The notes below the pieces were generated by a model. It was not told the origin of the DNA and ran no database searches. It worked only from the letters and a program-made list of their open reading frames with translations. From Octopus sinensis (Eukaryota): a stretch of DNA of 64,000 nucleotides. Within the stretch, counting starts at the first letter, position 1, and every line of letters starts with the position of its first letter. The position numbers were made by a program, and so were the translations under genes. This document shows, piece after piece, positions 1 through 13,562 of this stretch. The stretch covers positions 73,222,001 through 73,286,000 of the forward strand of contig NC_043005.1 of assembly GCF_006345805.1 (NCBI RefSeq). The letters run 5' to 3'.

Positions 1-122
1 TCGTCGTACCTCCCCTCCACTAATCCCCTATAGAATGCTTTAGTTGTGATGAAGTCACTCAAGGTCGACCCAGGACGGCAGAGTTGCTTGAGAGCAACGC
101 GACACTCGCGGTGCCATTCGCC

Positions 123-183
<61 letters not shown>
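123..183 (+). repeat. (GATA)n microsatellite
   Basis: Pure agat tandem run. Confidence 0.97.
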
Positions 184-184
<1 letters not shown>

Positions 185-585
185 GAAAAATATTCTTAAA
201 ATTAGATGCAGAAAATAAAATGGAAATGATAAGCATTATATGTAAAATGTAAAAAAATATACAAATCAGAAGATTGACGGAGTAAAGTGTCATGATGAAA
301 TCCTTCTGTACGCTACACTGATACGCTTTTTCAATGCAAACACCTACATACATACACTTTGGGAATAGATATGTCATCAAATAGAGTTGAGCTCGTGACA
401 GCTCGTGTCCGGAAGCATAACATATATATGCATATGTGTATGTGTTGTTGCCTGTGTCTGCGAGAATGTGTCTGCTTATGCACCAGAAAATATATGAATA
501 ATCTCTGTGTATCTATCTATCTATCTATCTGTCTATCTATCTATCGATTGATCTATCTATCTATTTATCACTATTAATCTTTCTT

Positions 586-640
586 TCTTTTACTTGTTTC
601 AGTCATTTGACTGCGGTCATGCTGGAGCACGGCCTTTATC
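586..640 (-). mobile_element. SINE family A, 3' tail only
   Basis: ttacttgtttcagtcatttgactgcggtcatgctggagcac matches the tail of the full copy at 46149-46564. Confidence 0.75.
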
Positions 641-706
641 CGTCAATTATCTATCATTTCTCTCTTCCTGTCTCTCTCTCCTTCTCTCTCCCCTCTCTCT
701 CTCTCT

Positions 707-740
<34 letters not shown>

Positions 741-967
741 ATATATATATGGAGACACACACACAAACACACAAACAGATATGTACTCTTATAAGCATAG
801 AAATAAATATATACAATTGTGTATCAGTGTACTATTGTATTTCTCTTCGTGTCTGCATATATTCGTTTGTGAATCCTTATATACATATACATATATTATT
901 ATATAAAAATATCTGTGTGTATATGCATATGTATATGTATTTATGCATGTATGTTATATGAATGTGA

Positions 968-1010
<43 letters not shown>

Positions 1011-1367
1011 TTGCCTGCCCCTTCTACTTATATACAATATATACTGAACTTCACAGAAGTTCCTGCCGCTAATGGTTATATTTACATACCGAAATCTACC
1101 AGTAAATAATTGTTGGTTTTTTGAAAAACCATCGAAGAAATTATTTACTCTTATTATTATATTACTAATTGGAATTTTCACTCCCTTACGACAACCCATA
1201 GTTTCTACCCCTAAGGAACTATTCTTGTAAGGCGCATGGCAAAATTTTGGAGGGAAAATTTACGGATTCAATTGTCTATATGTTTAGCCTATGCTCACTT
1301 TCTTCCACTATTTTGATGTCGCCTGGTCAAAGGTGGAGGTAAGTGGCATTTGATAAATCTATGGAAG

Positions 1368-1419
<52 letters not shown>

Positions 1420-1484
1420 GTGTGTGTGTGTGCATACATATATATGTACGCATGTATGTTTTTGCACACTCATACATAAGTACG

Positions 1485-1785
1485 TAGTACTTTATCGACC
1501 CAGAAAGGATGAAAGGCAAAGTCGACCCCGGCGGAATTTGAACTCACAACGTAGCGGCAGACGAAATACCGCTAAGCATATCGCCCTGCGTGATAACGTT
1601 TCTTATTTCTTTACTGCCCACAAGGGGCTACACACAGAGGGGACAGACAAGAACAAACAAACGGGTTAAGTCGATTATATCGACCCCAGTGCGTAATTGT
1701 ACTTATTTAATCGACCCAGATAAGATGAACGGAAAGTCGACCTCGGCGGAATTTGAACTCAGAACGCAAAGACAAACGCCTTCTT
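1485..1785 (-). mobile_element. SINE family B head-to-tail dimer
   Basis: Two copies of gaaaggatgaaaggcaaagtcgac..ggcggaatttgaactc (B box on - strand), joined at ~1602. Confidence 0.85.
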
Positions 1786-2039
1786 TGAATATATCTAGAT
1801 TATACACTTGAAGCCTTGTGTGTATTCGTGTTTATATATATATATGAGTGTGGCTGGATACGCATACCAATGCAGATCCACTTTGAATATGTACATATAT
1901 GCTGGTACAGGTGTCTATATTTTCGCAGATATCTGTATGTGTAGGGAATATGTAACGAATGTGTTTATCATTATGTATAGAGAGACCAAAATGTTTCTTT
2001 CCAATAAGTAAATTCATTTACATGTTGATGTACAACATT

Positions 2040-2800
2040 ATTCTAAACATTTACATTCCTGAATCTCTAACTCCGACTAATCCTGATTTATCTATTGAAT
2101 TCCTTCGCATTGTCTGCACGTATACAACTCCTATTTTGGTATCAATCTCAGTTCACCCCACTTAATCATATCATATACACGCTCCCACCTAAAGCTAATT
2201 GCTGATAACTTGCAGCCATTTTTACGGTTTTTACACTCGAACCCAGTATTTACTTGAAGACTCTTAAAACATTCAAATACTTGGAGCGACAGCAAGATCA
2301 TTCCGCCTTCTAACACCGAAAGCGTCCTTGACAGCTTGTTTCATTATTTATCCTCTGCTTTTAAGATCCTTATTTTTTATTGTTCTCCGCCACATCTCCT
2401 TTGGTCAGCCATGTCTTCTTTTACCTTGTGGAACCCATTGCAAAGTGATCTTGACAATTGAATTCGGTTTATATTGACAGAATCGATCCAACCATTTCCA
2501 TTTTGCTTCAGTAATTTTTCTCTTATTCCTTTCACGTTCCAAAGTGTATCTTGATGAAGGCTATCGGAGGCATTTTCAAAATGAACAAATAGCATGCACA
2601 AAGATGAATTGCACTCATGAGATAATTCGAGTGTTTGGAGAATTACAAAAATATTGTCGATACATGACTTTCCTTTCATGAATCGAGCTTTTTCTTGGCA
2701 AAGTAATTTGTCTATCGCTGCTGTGATGCGCTGTAATATTATATGGGTGAATATTTTACTGATGATTGATAATAGAGTGATACATGAAGAGTATTATCTT
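2040..2800 (-). pseudogene. RTE-clade LINE reverse transcriptase relic
   Basis: Minus strand reads TLLSIISKIFTHIILQRITAAIDKLLCQEKARFMKGKSCIDNIFVILQTLELSHECNSSLCMLFVHFENASDSLHQDTLW, matching RTE RT motifs (GRSCxDxIF; FVDFEKAFDS). A frameshifted ADDLA-like motif lies downstream. Confidence 0.88.
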
Positions 2801-3800
2801 TTCTTTTAGTGGCTGCTTTGGATTGCCCTAATTTTTGTCGCAATTGGGAGCAAAACAACAACAATCCTTCATATTAAGTTAATGTAAAAGAGTAGATGAA
2901 ACTATGGCCATAGCATCCCTCTCTAAAAAAATAAGCTTATGAGATTGATGCCGATTCCATTCCGCTTATACTGTAGGAAAGGCATATGTAGCGAAACGAT
3001 TTGAGAACACTGATATTCCGAAAAGAAAAAGCTGCGCATTTGGATTATTGCAGCGTTGGAGTAAAAAGAGATAACAAAACTGAAAACAGACGAGGAACTG
3101 AGTTGATTATCCCTGTGTAGAAGTGAGTTCTGTGTTTATTATAGTTTAATTTTCTATATTAACTCAGGAATGTTTTATTTTAAATGTATATGAGTGGCTG
3201 TTGTAGTTGTTTCTTTTGTAATTCAGTTATTTGTTTATTCCTTTCTCATTTCATGAGAATTTTCTGTCTCAGACGATGGCATTTCTTTGAATCACATTGA
3301 ATTCCTTGATCGGATGATGCTTAATGTACATAGTTTCTATAATTGACACAAAGACATTTTTTGTTTCAGTTTTATGCTGTTAACTTACATATATTTCCAG
3401 ATCTGTAATCGCTTAGACTTAGTGTGAATGATGAACTATTTTATCTGAAACCAGAATAAAATTAATGGGACAAAAAGAATGGAGGCAACAACGTACTCTT
3501 GCAGTATGAAATCCTCAAGTACTGGAAGGAAGTGGTTAACAAGGTCATGATACAGTTGAGTATTATTTTGGCCTTGGAAACAGACAAAATAACTGAGGTC
3601 AAAGCTTGAAAATCTTAGTCTTAACCTTTGAGTAGATTCAGTACAGAAAGAAAACTTGTGAATTATTTCAGCAAGAATTATCTGAAATGTCCTTATCACA
3701 AAATAAAAATAAAGAGATAACAGGCGAACGAAGATCACAATGAGTTGTGTTCCGAGACTAAACTGAGTTAAACACCAACATGGAAACAATGAAAAATTAC

Positions 3801-4193
3801 ACTTTCTACTATAGGCACAAGGCCTAAAATTTTGGGGAAGGAAACCAGTTGATTACATCGATTCCAGTGCAAAACAGGTACTTAATTTATCGACCCTCAA
3901 TGGATAAAAGGTAATGTCGACCACGGTTGCATTTGAACTCAGAAGGTGAAAAGCAGATGAAATACCTATTTCTTTACTACCCACAAGGGGCTAAACACAG
4001 AGAGGACAAACAAGGACAGACAAACAGATTAAGTCGTTTACATCGATCCCAGTTTGTAACTGGTATTTAATTTATCGGCCCCGAAAGGATGAAAGGCAAA
4101 GTCGACCTCGGCGGAATTTGAACACAGAACGTAACGAAATACCGCTAAGTATTTCGTCCGGCATGCTAAGGATACTGCCAGGTTGCCACCTTA
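3801..4193 (-). mobile_element. SINE family B dimer (two tail variants) with degenerate TSD
   Basis: Two B bodies joined at ~3966. Flanks are gaaacaatgaaaaat (3783-3797) and gaaacaatagaaaat (4194-4208). Confidence 0.85.
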
Positions 4194-4941
4194 GAAACAA
4201 TAGAAAATAGTAACAATATCTTACATTTGCATAAGATCACAAATTGAAGAATCTGATAGTTAAATTGCCCCCAGCATTCAAATCGTCTTTTATTTCATCT
4301 GTCCGAAAAGCAAATATGACCTCTGCTTTTTATTCTTTTTGAGATCTTCAAAATGAAGTACGTGTGAAGTATTTGTTGCATATGATCGTATGCACTCTCA
4401 TAATTTGTTGCGTTGCGCCATATAAAAATAAAACAACTTAATAAAAGGTGAAACATTTCAGAGTAGTATAGCTTAAAGCCAATTAAACTGACTCAACTTG
4501 TTTGAGTGATGTTTATCTTAACGAGTCTGGTTATTTGAAAAGTAAAATTGAGATCATTAGGATTTATGCAACCAAACCTAATGAATAAATTTCTCGTTGA
4601 TTCCAGCCAGGAGAAACAGTAGTTAATTGAATGACATCTTTATATTAAGAAACGGGAGTTACAGTGAAGTAATCTCTGTCTATGAATAATGCATGAAACT
4701 GTATCGTCAAAGTGTCTCGCCTTCATATTAGTCACTTCATAACCCATATTGTTTAAGGATTCTGTAATTGACGCACAAAACAGAATGAGATTCGTAACGT
4801 TTGAACCATCACAGACAGATAAATGAAATAGATACGCCATTAATATTAAGTATTAAATCATTGATATATGTAACCGGAAATACATTCCTTCTCATATACG
4901 TTTGTGCGTAAGCATGTGGGTGTAAGAGAAAAGCATTGTAT

Positions 4942-5184
4942 TCTTTTACTTGTTTCAGTCATTTGACTGTGGCCATGCTGGATCACCGCTTTTAGTCGAA
5001 CAAATTGACCTCAGGGCTTATTCTTTGTAAGCCTAGTAGTTATGCTATCGGTGTCTTTTGCCGAACCGCTAAGTTACGGGACGTAAACACACCAGCATCG
5101 GTTGTCAAGCGATGGTGGTGGTTGGACAAACACAGACACACATACATACACACACAGACACACATACACACACACACGCACACA

Positions 5185-5251
<67 letters not shown>

Positions 5252-5412
5252 ATATGTATTTACGACGAGCTTCTTTCAGTTTCCGTTTACCAAATCCACT
5301 CACATGGCTTTGGTCGACCCGAGGCTATTGCTCAAGGTGCCATGCAGTGGGACTGAACCCAAAACCATGTGGTTGGTAAGCAAGCTACTTACCACACAGC
5401 CACGCCTTGCAC
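4942..5412 (-). mobile_element. SINE family A, full length, internal (CA)n/(TA)n
   Basis: Head, body and tail are colinear with 46149-46564. Confidence 0.9.
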
Positions 5413-5534
5413 CTATATTGTCTTTATTCTTGTTTATTTGTGGGCTTCAGTCTGACGTTTACAGCTTGCATATACCTAATACTATCCGAAATCCAAATTA
5501 TGTTCGTTATCAGAGCAACCGCTTCATGTGTATA

Positions 5535-5856
5535 TTTCTTTATTGCTCACAGAGTTCTAAACATAGAGGAGACAAACAAGGACAGACAAAGAGATTAAGT
5601 GCGTAACTGGTACTTATTTAACCGACCCTGAAAGGATGAAAAGCAAAGTCGACTTCTGCAGAATTTGAACTCAGAACCTAACAGCAGACGAAATACCGCC
5701 AAGCATTTCGCCCGACGTGCTAACGATTGTACCAGCGCAGCGACCTACCCCATATATATATATATATATATATAATATATATATATATATATGGGGTATA
5801 TATATATATATATATATGGGGTATATATATATATATATATGGGGTATATATATATA

Positions 5857-5894
<38 letters not shown>

Positions 5895-6035
5895 GGTAGG
5901 TCGCTGCGCTGGTACAATCGTTAGCACGTCGGGCGAAATGCTCTGTTACGTTCTGAGTTCAAATTCTGCAGAGGTCGACTTTGCTTTTCATCCTTTCGGG
6001 GTCGGTTAAATAAGTACCAGTTACGCACTTAATCT
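5535..6035. repeat. Inverted duplication of a SINE-B copy around an interrupted (TA)n tract
   Basis: ~5591-5752 is the reverse complement of ~5891-6035, apart from a ~20-bp deletion and a few substitutions. Confidence 0.9.
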
Positions 6036-6728
6036 CTTATTTATATATATATATGGCGGTGCCCCAGCATGGCCACAGCTCATTAGCTGAAACTGGAAAA
6101 ATCAAAAATCAAAAATCATATATGTGTGTGTGTGTTATGTACATCATATAAGTATGTTATAATCCAAGGAGAATGAAAGCAAAGATATTTTAATTGAAGA
6201 AAACGGTGAACTAAAGCCATTCATTTCATATAACATGCAACGTTATTCAATTCATACAACAAATTTTGTGTCCAATCACTTCTTCAGACACTGTAATTTG
6301 ACTCACAAATAAATTTGCAATGCACGGTGACCAACCAAGCAAATAGATAAAATGTAAATGTTAATTTATCCTATAAGCCCCTAAGTATTCTGTCTATCAG
6401 GCAAAATAGAAGACAATTAATCAAAGTAAAATTACTCCTACAGTTGTAAACGTCTTTCTCTCGGCGGTAACCTGGTTAGTAATGGGATTGTTTTGGCGAC
6501 ATTTTAATGCGGTCTAAGAAAAACTTTGACAAAGGTAAAATAAAGAATGTAATACGCTAACCACCAACGTTTTTCACTCGCACATCGCTCTCTCTCTCTC
6601 TCTCTCTCACTGTTCCTTTAAGTACATATGTACCTTTATTCCTTTACACACACGTGCAAGTATATATATAAATCTGCATACATATATGTATCCATATATA
6701 TAAATAGATATACACTTATACATATATA

Positions 6729-6920
6729 GGGAGAATTCACAAAAAAACCCCCAAAAGATGAAGACAGGTGGTGTAGACAGCAAACATATGTATTAGTTTA
6801 ACGCTCGAGACGTCAAAAGGTCTTTAATGTTTCGAGGTTATGCTCTTCCACAGAAAGGAACACAGAAAGAAACAAGGAGACAAAATAAAGACGGTGTAGC
6901 GGCTATTGATCTATCATGAT
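6729..6920 (-). mobile_element. Penelope-like pseudo-LTR-type fragment with variant hammerhead motif
   Basis: Minus strand reads ccttt CTGTGGA a gagcataacctc GAAA ca TT aaaga (6821-6858). It lies next to (TA)-rich sequence. Confidence 0.55.
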
Positions 6921-7066
6921 GAATGAACCATAGATACACGCACACATAAGCATATCCATTCTTAAAAACAGGTTTACACTTGAATATTCAACCTAATATC
7001 ACCACTGTCCACCACAGATTCAAGTGTGTAAACATTAGCGTATACATATGTTGCTTCGCATTGTAT

Positions 7067-7105
<39 letters not shown>

Positions 7106-7118
7106 GCATATATATAAT

Positions 7119-7510
7119 CTTTACTCTTTTACTCTTTTACTTGTTTCAGTCAATTTGACTGTGGCCATGCTGGAGCACTGCATTTAGTCGAGCAAATCGA
7201 CCCCAGGATTCTTTGTAAGCCTAGTAATTATTTTATCGTTGTCATTTGCCGAATTGCTAAGTTATGGGGACGTAAACACACCAGCATCGGTTGTCAAGCG
7301 ATGTTGGCGGGATAAACACAGACACACAAGCGTATACACACACATTAATATATATATACATATATACGACGGGCTTCTTTCAGTTTCCGTCTGCCAAATC
7401 CACTCACAAGGCTTTGATCGGCACTTGCCCAAGGTGCTACGCAATGGGACTGAACGCGAAACCATGTGGTTTGTAAGCATACTACTTACTACACAGCCCC
7501 TCCTACACCT
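7119..7510 (-). mobile_element. SINE family A, near full length
   Basis: Colinear with other A copies; tail (ctttta)n. Confidence 0.9.
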
Positions 7511-7876
7511 ATATATATATATAACACAAAGTAAGTAAGGGGTTATGGGTGCAACACACTAATGGATAGTATTTGTCCAATATACTGTTGGTAAAGTACC
7601 CAAATTCTTAAAGCATAAATGTTTTAATTGCAATGCAATTAACTTATTTATTGTATTAAACGGGTGAAGGTAAAGAAATATTATACCGTTAATTTATAAT
7701 ACAAATAAGAAAATGGAGAAAAAATTTAGTTTCTTCATCAACTTTCGGATATTAGAATGTTGAATTATTTATTCATTTAACAAAATGAGAACCGTAATAT
7801 CATACATATATGCCTTATAATTCAATACATATAAGATAAAGATCATAATATAAATTACTGAAATCATTAAAATCAC

Positions 7877-8012
7877 ACCTTACAGCTGTTTCAGCCTATG
7901 GTTAAAAGTAGTTATTTTAATTTTTATTGCCTGTAGTTGTGAATTATATTGAGTTTGTAGGCATTTAAAAATAGGGTACTTATATATATAACCATAGGCC
8001 TCGTCAGAGATT
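7877..8012 (-). ncRNA. Type I hammerhead ribozyme motif, intact core
   Basis: aatct CTGACGA ggcctatggtta-(84 nt)-taaccataggct GAAA cagctg TA aggt. Helix II is 12 bp, helix III is palindromic, cleavage triplet is GUA. Confidence 0.82.
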
Positions 8013-8274
8013 ATAAAGAACTTTAAAGATATAAATACATGGAACAGGATACACGTATAATTTAATATATATAAAAATGTGAACAAGTATCCATATAGAC
8101 TTATGCATATACATATATACACATATACATACATAAGCAGTGTATATACTTTATATACATATATAAACACAATTAAACAGCAGGTTCAAGGAAATATACC
8201 ATTCGTTATATACATATATATACATATACTGAAACATATAAACACGTCTATGCTCATGACCACATAAATAATAA

Positions 8275-8334
8275 TCAATTATTATTATTATTATATTATT
8301 ATTATTATTATTATTATTATTTATTATTATTATT

Positions 8335-8378
<44 letters not shown>

Positions 8379-8470
8379 TGATAATGATAATAATAATAAT
8401 AGTTATAATAATAATAATAATATTATTATTATCATCATTATGTTTATCAATAATAACAATATTATTATAT
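8275..8470. repeat. (TTA)n/(TAA)n microsatellite with polarity switch
   Basis: Run flips from tta to taa at ~8337. Confidence 0.9.
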
Positions 8471-8605
8471 TTATAGTAATCTTCACTTCACAATATATAT
8501 TATAATAGATTCTAACATATCAAATATTACGATACAAGATAAACAATCCACAATCCATACAAATATATATATATATATATATATATACATACACACACAC
8601 ACACA

Positions 8606-8676
<71 letters not shown>

Positions 8677-10301
8677 TATGTATATATATTTAAAAAAACA
8701 CACAGTTAGACTATGGTTTTCAGTATATAGTTATTACAAGTTCATGCGTAATATCGATATGAGGATTTTTTTTTCTTTTCGTGAAAGTTGAAGAAAAAAT
8801 TATACTCATATTTGTATTTATATACAACGAATTAATATAGTATCGTATAATAATTCCACAAAAATTTTTTTTTTGAAATAATAAATCATTTGATTATGTA
8901 TGATAGATAAGCTATAATAGCTATGCTATATGTTATATGAATATTTTTGTTTCAAAATTATTGGGAGTTAGGGAACGATTATTTTAAATCATAAGCTATT
9001 TCTAATTGGCTAGCACATTTCAATTTCTACGCTTCATTTACTGTTAGTTAATAGAAGATCTCATTATTAAATAAATAAACCGTGTTAATCACTCGTATTT
9101 ACAATGTATATCTTTAAATTAACTTTTAGATATTAATCGTAAACAAAGAGTTCTTACAGTAATCAATAAAAATTGTAAGTCAAGTCATGAATAGATATTT
9201 ACAAAATTTAATAAAGCTTCTAAAACTCCGACCATATTCTGTATAGACGTTATGTATACATATATATATATACATACCTATATAATTTCGCATTTACACC
9301 CATATGAGTTTCTTGTGAGTCGATGAAAAATTATTTACGGCTCACCAGCCTAAGTATTATATTTTTCAATTAAACAATATGGTATGGTTTAACATTAACT
9401 ATATGGTATGGTTTAGGTCTTTGCATATCAGCGTACAATTGATATTTTATTGACCTACTGTGAGTTATGGAAAAGTGGAGGTGAACATTTCACCTTACGC
9501 TTCCGTTTAATCATTTCAGGAACAGCCACTACTGCATTTGTGTGCATATATATTGATTGCTTTTGTCAGGACACAAGGGAAATCCTTGTAAGATCGCACC
9601 TTTTGAACTTCGTTTGAAGCTAATGGACAATCCAGTATATCTACTGGACAAAATACTACAACTCACCACACCAATTTATTGATAGATACAATGCTAGTTT
9701 ATTGTTTTAGATTTTCCTATTTTCTCTGCACTTGTTCCTTGGCGAAAGTTTTGTTGTTCGAGCTCTTATAATTTTAGTAATCAACTAACATGGTGAGCTC
9801 CGGTATCTAGTGGCTTCAGTAAAATGATATAATCAACGAAGAACGTCATCACACGCAAGCTGAGACAGCAACGCAAATGTCATATATTAACGCTCTAATT
9901 ATTTTACTATGAAACGTAATGTTCACAATAAATTAAATCAAGTTATATTATGTTTGCATCTAATCAAAATCAAGCATTAAATCTTACTTTTCATGTATCT
10001 CATCTTTCATGAATATGTATTATATCGCAAATGTTTTTCTGCATGCATACATTTTTCAGCATTCGTCCGAGAGATGTCATTCAACTCAAGCTAATTAAAA
10101 CATATATACTGGCAATATAATCGAGATAGAAGATGCAGTGTTTATTTAATTAATTATACACGAATAACTTCTGCTTTTATTAAATTGACAAAAGTAGAAA
10201 TTTTCAATTTCATGGTTTTTTCAAACCTATTAATTCGTTAATTACACTAATGAAGGCGAATAGTGAGAAGTCAAAACTGCAACATAGAATAGTAATTAAA
10301 T

Positions 10302-10475
10302 GTGTGTATGTATGTATGTATGTATGTATGTATGTATTTATGTATGTATGTATGTATGTATGTATGTATGTATGTATGTATGTATGTATGTATGTATGTA
10401 CGTATGTATATATATATATATGTATGTATGTATCTTTGTATCTTTGTATGTTTGTATGTATGTATGTATGTATGC

Positions 10476-10508
<33 letters not shown>

Positions 10509-10545
10509 TGTATGTATGTATGTATGTATGTATGTATGTACGTAT
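10302..10545 (+). repeat. (TATG)n microsatellite
   Basis: Long tatg run. Confidence 0.95.
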
Positions 10546-11699
10546 GTCATTATTCAGTATATTTCAAGATTACTTGCCAATAGACAAAGAACCGATTTCT
10601 AACCAAAAACTAAGGTTTCTTCATTGAATTTGAATGTCAACGACAGGATATTTTTGGTTGTATATATGTATGTATGTATTTATTTATTTATCGGTAATGT
10701 TTATTTGAAGCTCAGAAAGAACAATAGGAGTCGAACGAATGAGAGCATGTGGAACTAAGAAAGGCGAAAAATGCTCTGTGACAAGTGGTATATATCTCTG
10801 TGAAGGTAAGAAATCGTTTCCAGTCATTGCGAAATTAGGAAAACGTTGAAAAACAATGGTAGTTGCTTAAGTATCTATTTAATTTAATAAGTAAATGGAT
10901 GGAAGTGAGGCAAAAAGGTAACACCGGAGATTAGCAAGCTCTTGGAATCTAATAAATGGGAGGAGACAAAGAATTCATGTTTATTGATGAAAATATGAAA
11001 TAAAGTTGCAAGAGTCAAAAAGAGAGTATTTTAAGCTAAGGGTGCTGAAAGAAAAAGAGCATCAGACGTGAATGGTGTACGTACACTGAATAGACAAGAA
11101 GTTATCTGTTGGAAGACATCGTAGCAATTTGGAACTAATATGGTTGTATCCCAATGACTATTGAAGGTAAAGCTCAGACATGTTTGGAATGTCGCTGGGA
11201 CTTGACAGAGACCACCAATTACTCGTTTTCATTTTGAATAGGTAGTAGGTTTCCATTAAGTGAGTGTTTTGCGTGGGAGACATCATAACAAGCAGTCTTC
11301 ATAGACGGTAACTAGCAAATGAAGAACAGGACAGCTTGACTAGTTCATATCGTATAAGAACTGCTGAAGCGTGGTACATATGTAACTTCACAGAATTGTG
11401 TCTGTCGATTGCTACAGCATCCAGAGAATTAGAGAGAGAAAGAGGTAGAGTGAAAAACAGTTGTAAACTGTAGTTCCTAAGAGACGTAGAAGACAGTTAG
11501 AACACAAACGCCTTGAACAACAGTCAGGCCTTTGCAGCAACAGATGATGCACGTAATACATTTTAAATTTATGTAACGATATTCAACAGTTATGTGCATT
11601 CCAAATCAATTTTATTGATTCAAATAAGGTTTTTGACTCTACTGTTTGCCTCATCGTCAAAGACTTATAGCAACATCCATTGTCGTGGCTCAAACAAAG

Positions 11700-12540
11700 T
11701 TTTTGGACACAGAATTGAATGACAACGTGAGATATTTTAACCAAATATATATTCTTCCCTATTTTTTCTTTCTGATTCGTTTAGAATTCGGACATCATTA
11801 TTGAAGAAACTATGAATAATCCAGGATAAAATGGAATGTAATTTGAAGGACTTGAATTTTGTGATGACGCTTTACTTCTACAACATTAAGATAGAAACTG
11901 AAAAAAATTATCTCTCACGAGATATTCAAATTCAAGGAACGACTGATTTCTTATCATTGCAAGAAAGCCAGATTTACGTATATCCCGCAGTTTATTACCA
12001 TCCCCAAGTATTAAGATTGGAAATGTGAATCTGAAGAGTGTCGTTAAAATCTCAATATCTCGGAATAAATATTCCTTGTGAGATTGCTGCAGTGTCTTAT
12101 GATGAGATTTGGTATGGCTAAAACACTTTTCAGTTGACAGCGTTCTGTTTATATCGGAATAGTTATCAACATGAAAATGCGATAACCTCTCTATGTGTCA
12201 ATTGTAGTACGAGCAGCTACATGCACTAGTAAAACATAATCCTTTGACAAGTGGAAAAACTCTGCAGAGATTGGTTGGAAAATGTTCAGCATATTATAAA
12301 AAGAAAGAGGCGATTAACTGTTGAATGTGTTCAGCGCTTCACGGAAAATAATATACGTAAAGCTATGTGATGGCAAGTAAACGGAAAAAAGAAGCGGGTG
12401 AGAAACCATGTCATGCCAAGAGAAGAAATATTTTGTACAAGATTTAGAGGAGATGAGATAAAAAAATGTAAAGGGCGTATACATACAGAAAATTATCACA
12501 CGACGTTCTGGATGTGATAAGTGGACTTGACTGTCAAATA
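11700..12540 (+). pseudogene. RTE-clade LINE 3' relic
   Basis: Frameshifted LKDLNF(A)DDALL (FADD), then QYLGINI, then IIKRKRR..WQVNGKKKR, resembling the RTE RT C-terminus. Confidence 0.7.
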
Positions 12541-12612
12541 CACTCACACACTTATATCTATCTATATATCTATCCAAGCGCGCGCAACGCACTCACATAC
12601 ACATACACACAT

Positions 12613-12772
12613 AGGCGCAGACGCGGCTGTGTGGTAACAAGCTTGCACCCCAACCGTATCGCTCCGGGTTCAGTACCACCGTTTGGCAAGTGTCTTCTGC
12701 TATAGCTTTGGGATGATCGAAGCCTTGTGAAGTGGATTTAGTAGGCGGAAACTGAAAGAAGCCCGTGGTGTG
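12613..12772 (+). mobile_element. SINE family A, 5' half
   Basis: ggcgcag..ggctgtgtggtaa..ccgggttcagt..ggaaactgaaagaagcccgt. Confidence 0.8.
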
Positions 12773-12773
12773 C

Positions 12774-12843
<70 letters not shown>

Positions 12844-13153
12844 GTATCTATCTCTGTCTGTCTCTCTCTCTTTATATATATATATATATATATATATTCA
12901 TTTTGCAAGATTCTTGATATGGATTTGTATGTTGAAACAAATATTGTTATATTTGGGGATGGTCATTTTGCCAGTTTAACCAATAAAAACACACGCACTA
13001 TATATTTGGTGTTCATTTGCTTCAGCTTTATTTTATATCAATTGGATTTCAGCCAGAGTTCATTCGTCATACTTCAGCTGAAGCAAAATAACACCAAATA
13101 TATATAGTGCGTGCGTTTTATTGGCTAAACTGGCAACATGACCATTCCCAAAT

Positions 13154-13214
<61 letters not shown>

Positions 13215-13215
<1 letters not shown>

Positions 13216-13470
13216 TATTAATTAGAGACAAAACCAAATCAAACAAAGAAATACTTAATCCAATACATAAAATTTTTTATATAAATTAAATATAATTAAT
13301 TATATTTAATTTATATAAAAATTTTTATGTATTGGATTAAGTCTTTCTTTGTTTGATTTGCATGATAGTGGTTTTGTCTCTAATTAATATTATATTATAT
13401 TTTACTATAAAATTGGATTCAATCCTAAATCTGATTTTTCCCTGTAAATTTGGATTTATTCCCTAATATT
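13215..13470. mobile_element. Fold-back element F1 (short perfect palindrome plus conserved 3' tail)
   Basis: 13215-13390 is a hairpin centred at ~13300. Its arms and tail (ttggattcaatcctaaatctgatttttcc..ccctaatatt) match the outer parts of 31120-31717. Confidence 0.85.
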
Positions 13471-13562
13471 TATTATATATATACATATATATATGTATGT
13501 GTATATATATAGTAGTTGAGTAAAGTCTAAACATAGACTGGTTTGCATGATTTTTATTATGT

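Noticed and set aside
3436-3789. 117-aa ORF and the opposite-strand coding-like stretch
   Set aside because: No recognisable motif; stops in the + frames; cannot be assigned to a gene or transposable element.
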